Source: Tolypothrix carrinoi HA7290-LM1 (GTDB taxonomy: Bacteria > Cyanobacteriota > Cyanobacteriia > Cyanobacteriales > Nostocaceae). From it: a DNA stretch of 64,000 nt. Positions 63,280 through 64,000 of this stretch are shown here, in pieces. Position 1 is the first letter of the stretch. Each line of letters opens with the position of its first letter. The notes under the pieces are model-generated. The model saw nothing but the letters and a program-made list of their open reading frames with translations. It was not told the origin of the DNA and did no database searches. Both the position numbers and the translations under genes were made by a program. The stretch covers positions 1 through 64,000 of the forward strand of contig JAHHIK010000025.1 of the NCBI GenBank assembly GCA_019358935.1. The letters are read 5' to 3'.

Positions 63280-63580
63280 AAATATCTTGAGTTTTTTTAA
63301 CTTTGGGGTCTTTAAAATTTGGTTGACCCCATTGAAATTTATGGTTTGATATTCAGGGTCTTTATATTGGCTGACCCCGTTTGAAGTATTATTAGTTTCT
63401 ACTGAAAATCTCAAGTTTTCAGATTTCCTAATAATTTCTTAATTTTTTCTGTATATATGTTTCTGATTATAGAATTATGTTAAATTAGTTAACTAAATAA
63501 GACATCTGTCACCAGATATAAAAGGTAAATCTTGCAAAAAGGGAGAATTTCTCCCCTAAGAAGCTATTCGTTCTACTTAT

Positions 63581-63850
63581 TTATGAGCGCTTTTGCCTAC
63601 GCTGTTCCCATCGCCAAAGGAATACCATTAAGGTAACGACTCCTACCTGAAGTGCTAAGTTAGGCAAAGCGCTATCAACATCGCGTCCAGCAAGCAGTTG
63701 GGAAAAAAAGACGATCGCGCCGATGAAACCAGAAGCACCACAAGCAATATATATAAATTGCCGCAAGCCGCGATAGGGGGCTGCCATTTCTGCTTTGAGA
63801 CGGGCGTATTGTTCTGAGTTAACGCGATTTTTGGGATTTTGTTGTACCAT
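63581..63850 (-). CDS. DUF3493 domain protein
   Basis: RLKAEMAAPYRGLRQFIY, NLALQVG. Confidence 0.85.
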   Translation of the reverse strand: MVQQNPKNRVNSEQYARLKAEMAAPYRGLRQFIYIACGASGFIGAIVFFSQLLAGRDVDSALPNLALQVGVVTLMVFLWRWEQRRQKRS

Positions 63851-63884
63851 GACTTTATTAGTGTTATAATTTAGAATGGCTTTT

Positions 63885-63956
63885 GCCGATGTGGCTCAGT
63901 GGTAGAGCACTCGATTCGTAATCGAGCGGTCACGGGTTCAAATCCCGTCATCGGCT
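63885..63956 (+). tRNA. trnT: tRNA-Thr(CGT)
   Basis: Acceptor GCCGATG/CATCGGC, anticodon arm CTCGA-TTCGTAA-TCGAG, T-loop GGTTCAAATCC; CCA not encoded. Confidence 0.97.
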
Positions 63957-64000
63957 TTAATAAAAGTATTGTTGAATAGTTAAAGTTTTACACATATTGT

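Overview
Chromosomal window of a filamentous, probably heterocyst-forming (Nostocales-like) cyanobacterium. It has abundant HIP1 octamers (GCGATCGC), STRR tandem repeats and small dispersed repeats. Core genes include ppk1, sasA, nblB, rpaB, radA, rimP-nusA-ylxR-infB and tRNA-Thr(CGT). Accessory material of most interest: (i) a four-gene chaperone-usher-like pilus operon (4853-11017) whose usher-like protein has a long repeated N-terminal extension and no obvious signal peptide; (ii) a four-helix-bundle (23S-IVS/Avd-like) gene lying in the loop of inverted STRR arms; (iii) a kinase / large repeat-containing SPFH protein / FHA-kinase cluster; (iv) a plasmid-like gene bounded by IS200/IS605-like ends, the right one resembling a TnpB omega-RNA scaffold, with no transposase or TnpB; (v) a PhnD-like / Ser-Thr kinase / heme-c DUF3365-HAMP signalling block inside an apparent ~6.7 kb tandem duplication starting in radA, whose second copy has collapsed to colinear fragments. 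There are also MITEs, HIP1-targeting and nested structured micro-repeats (two inserted in frame in a histidine kinase), and gene remnants (xisI, HicA, antitoxin). Family assignments come from motif recognition and recall; no searches were run.
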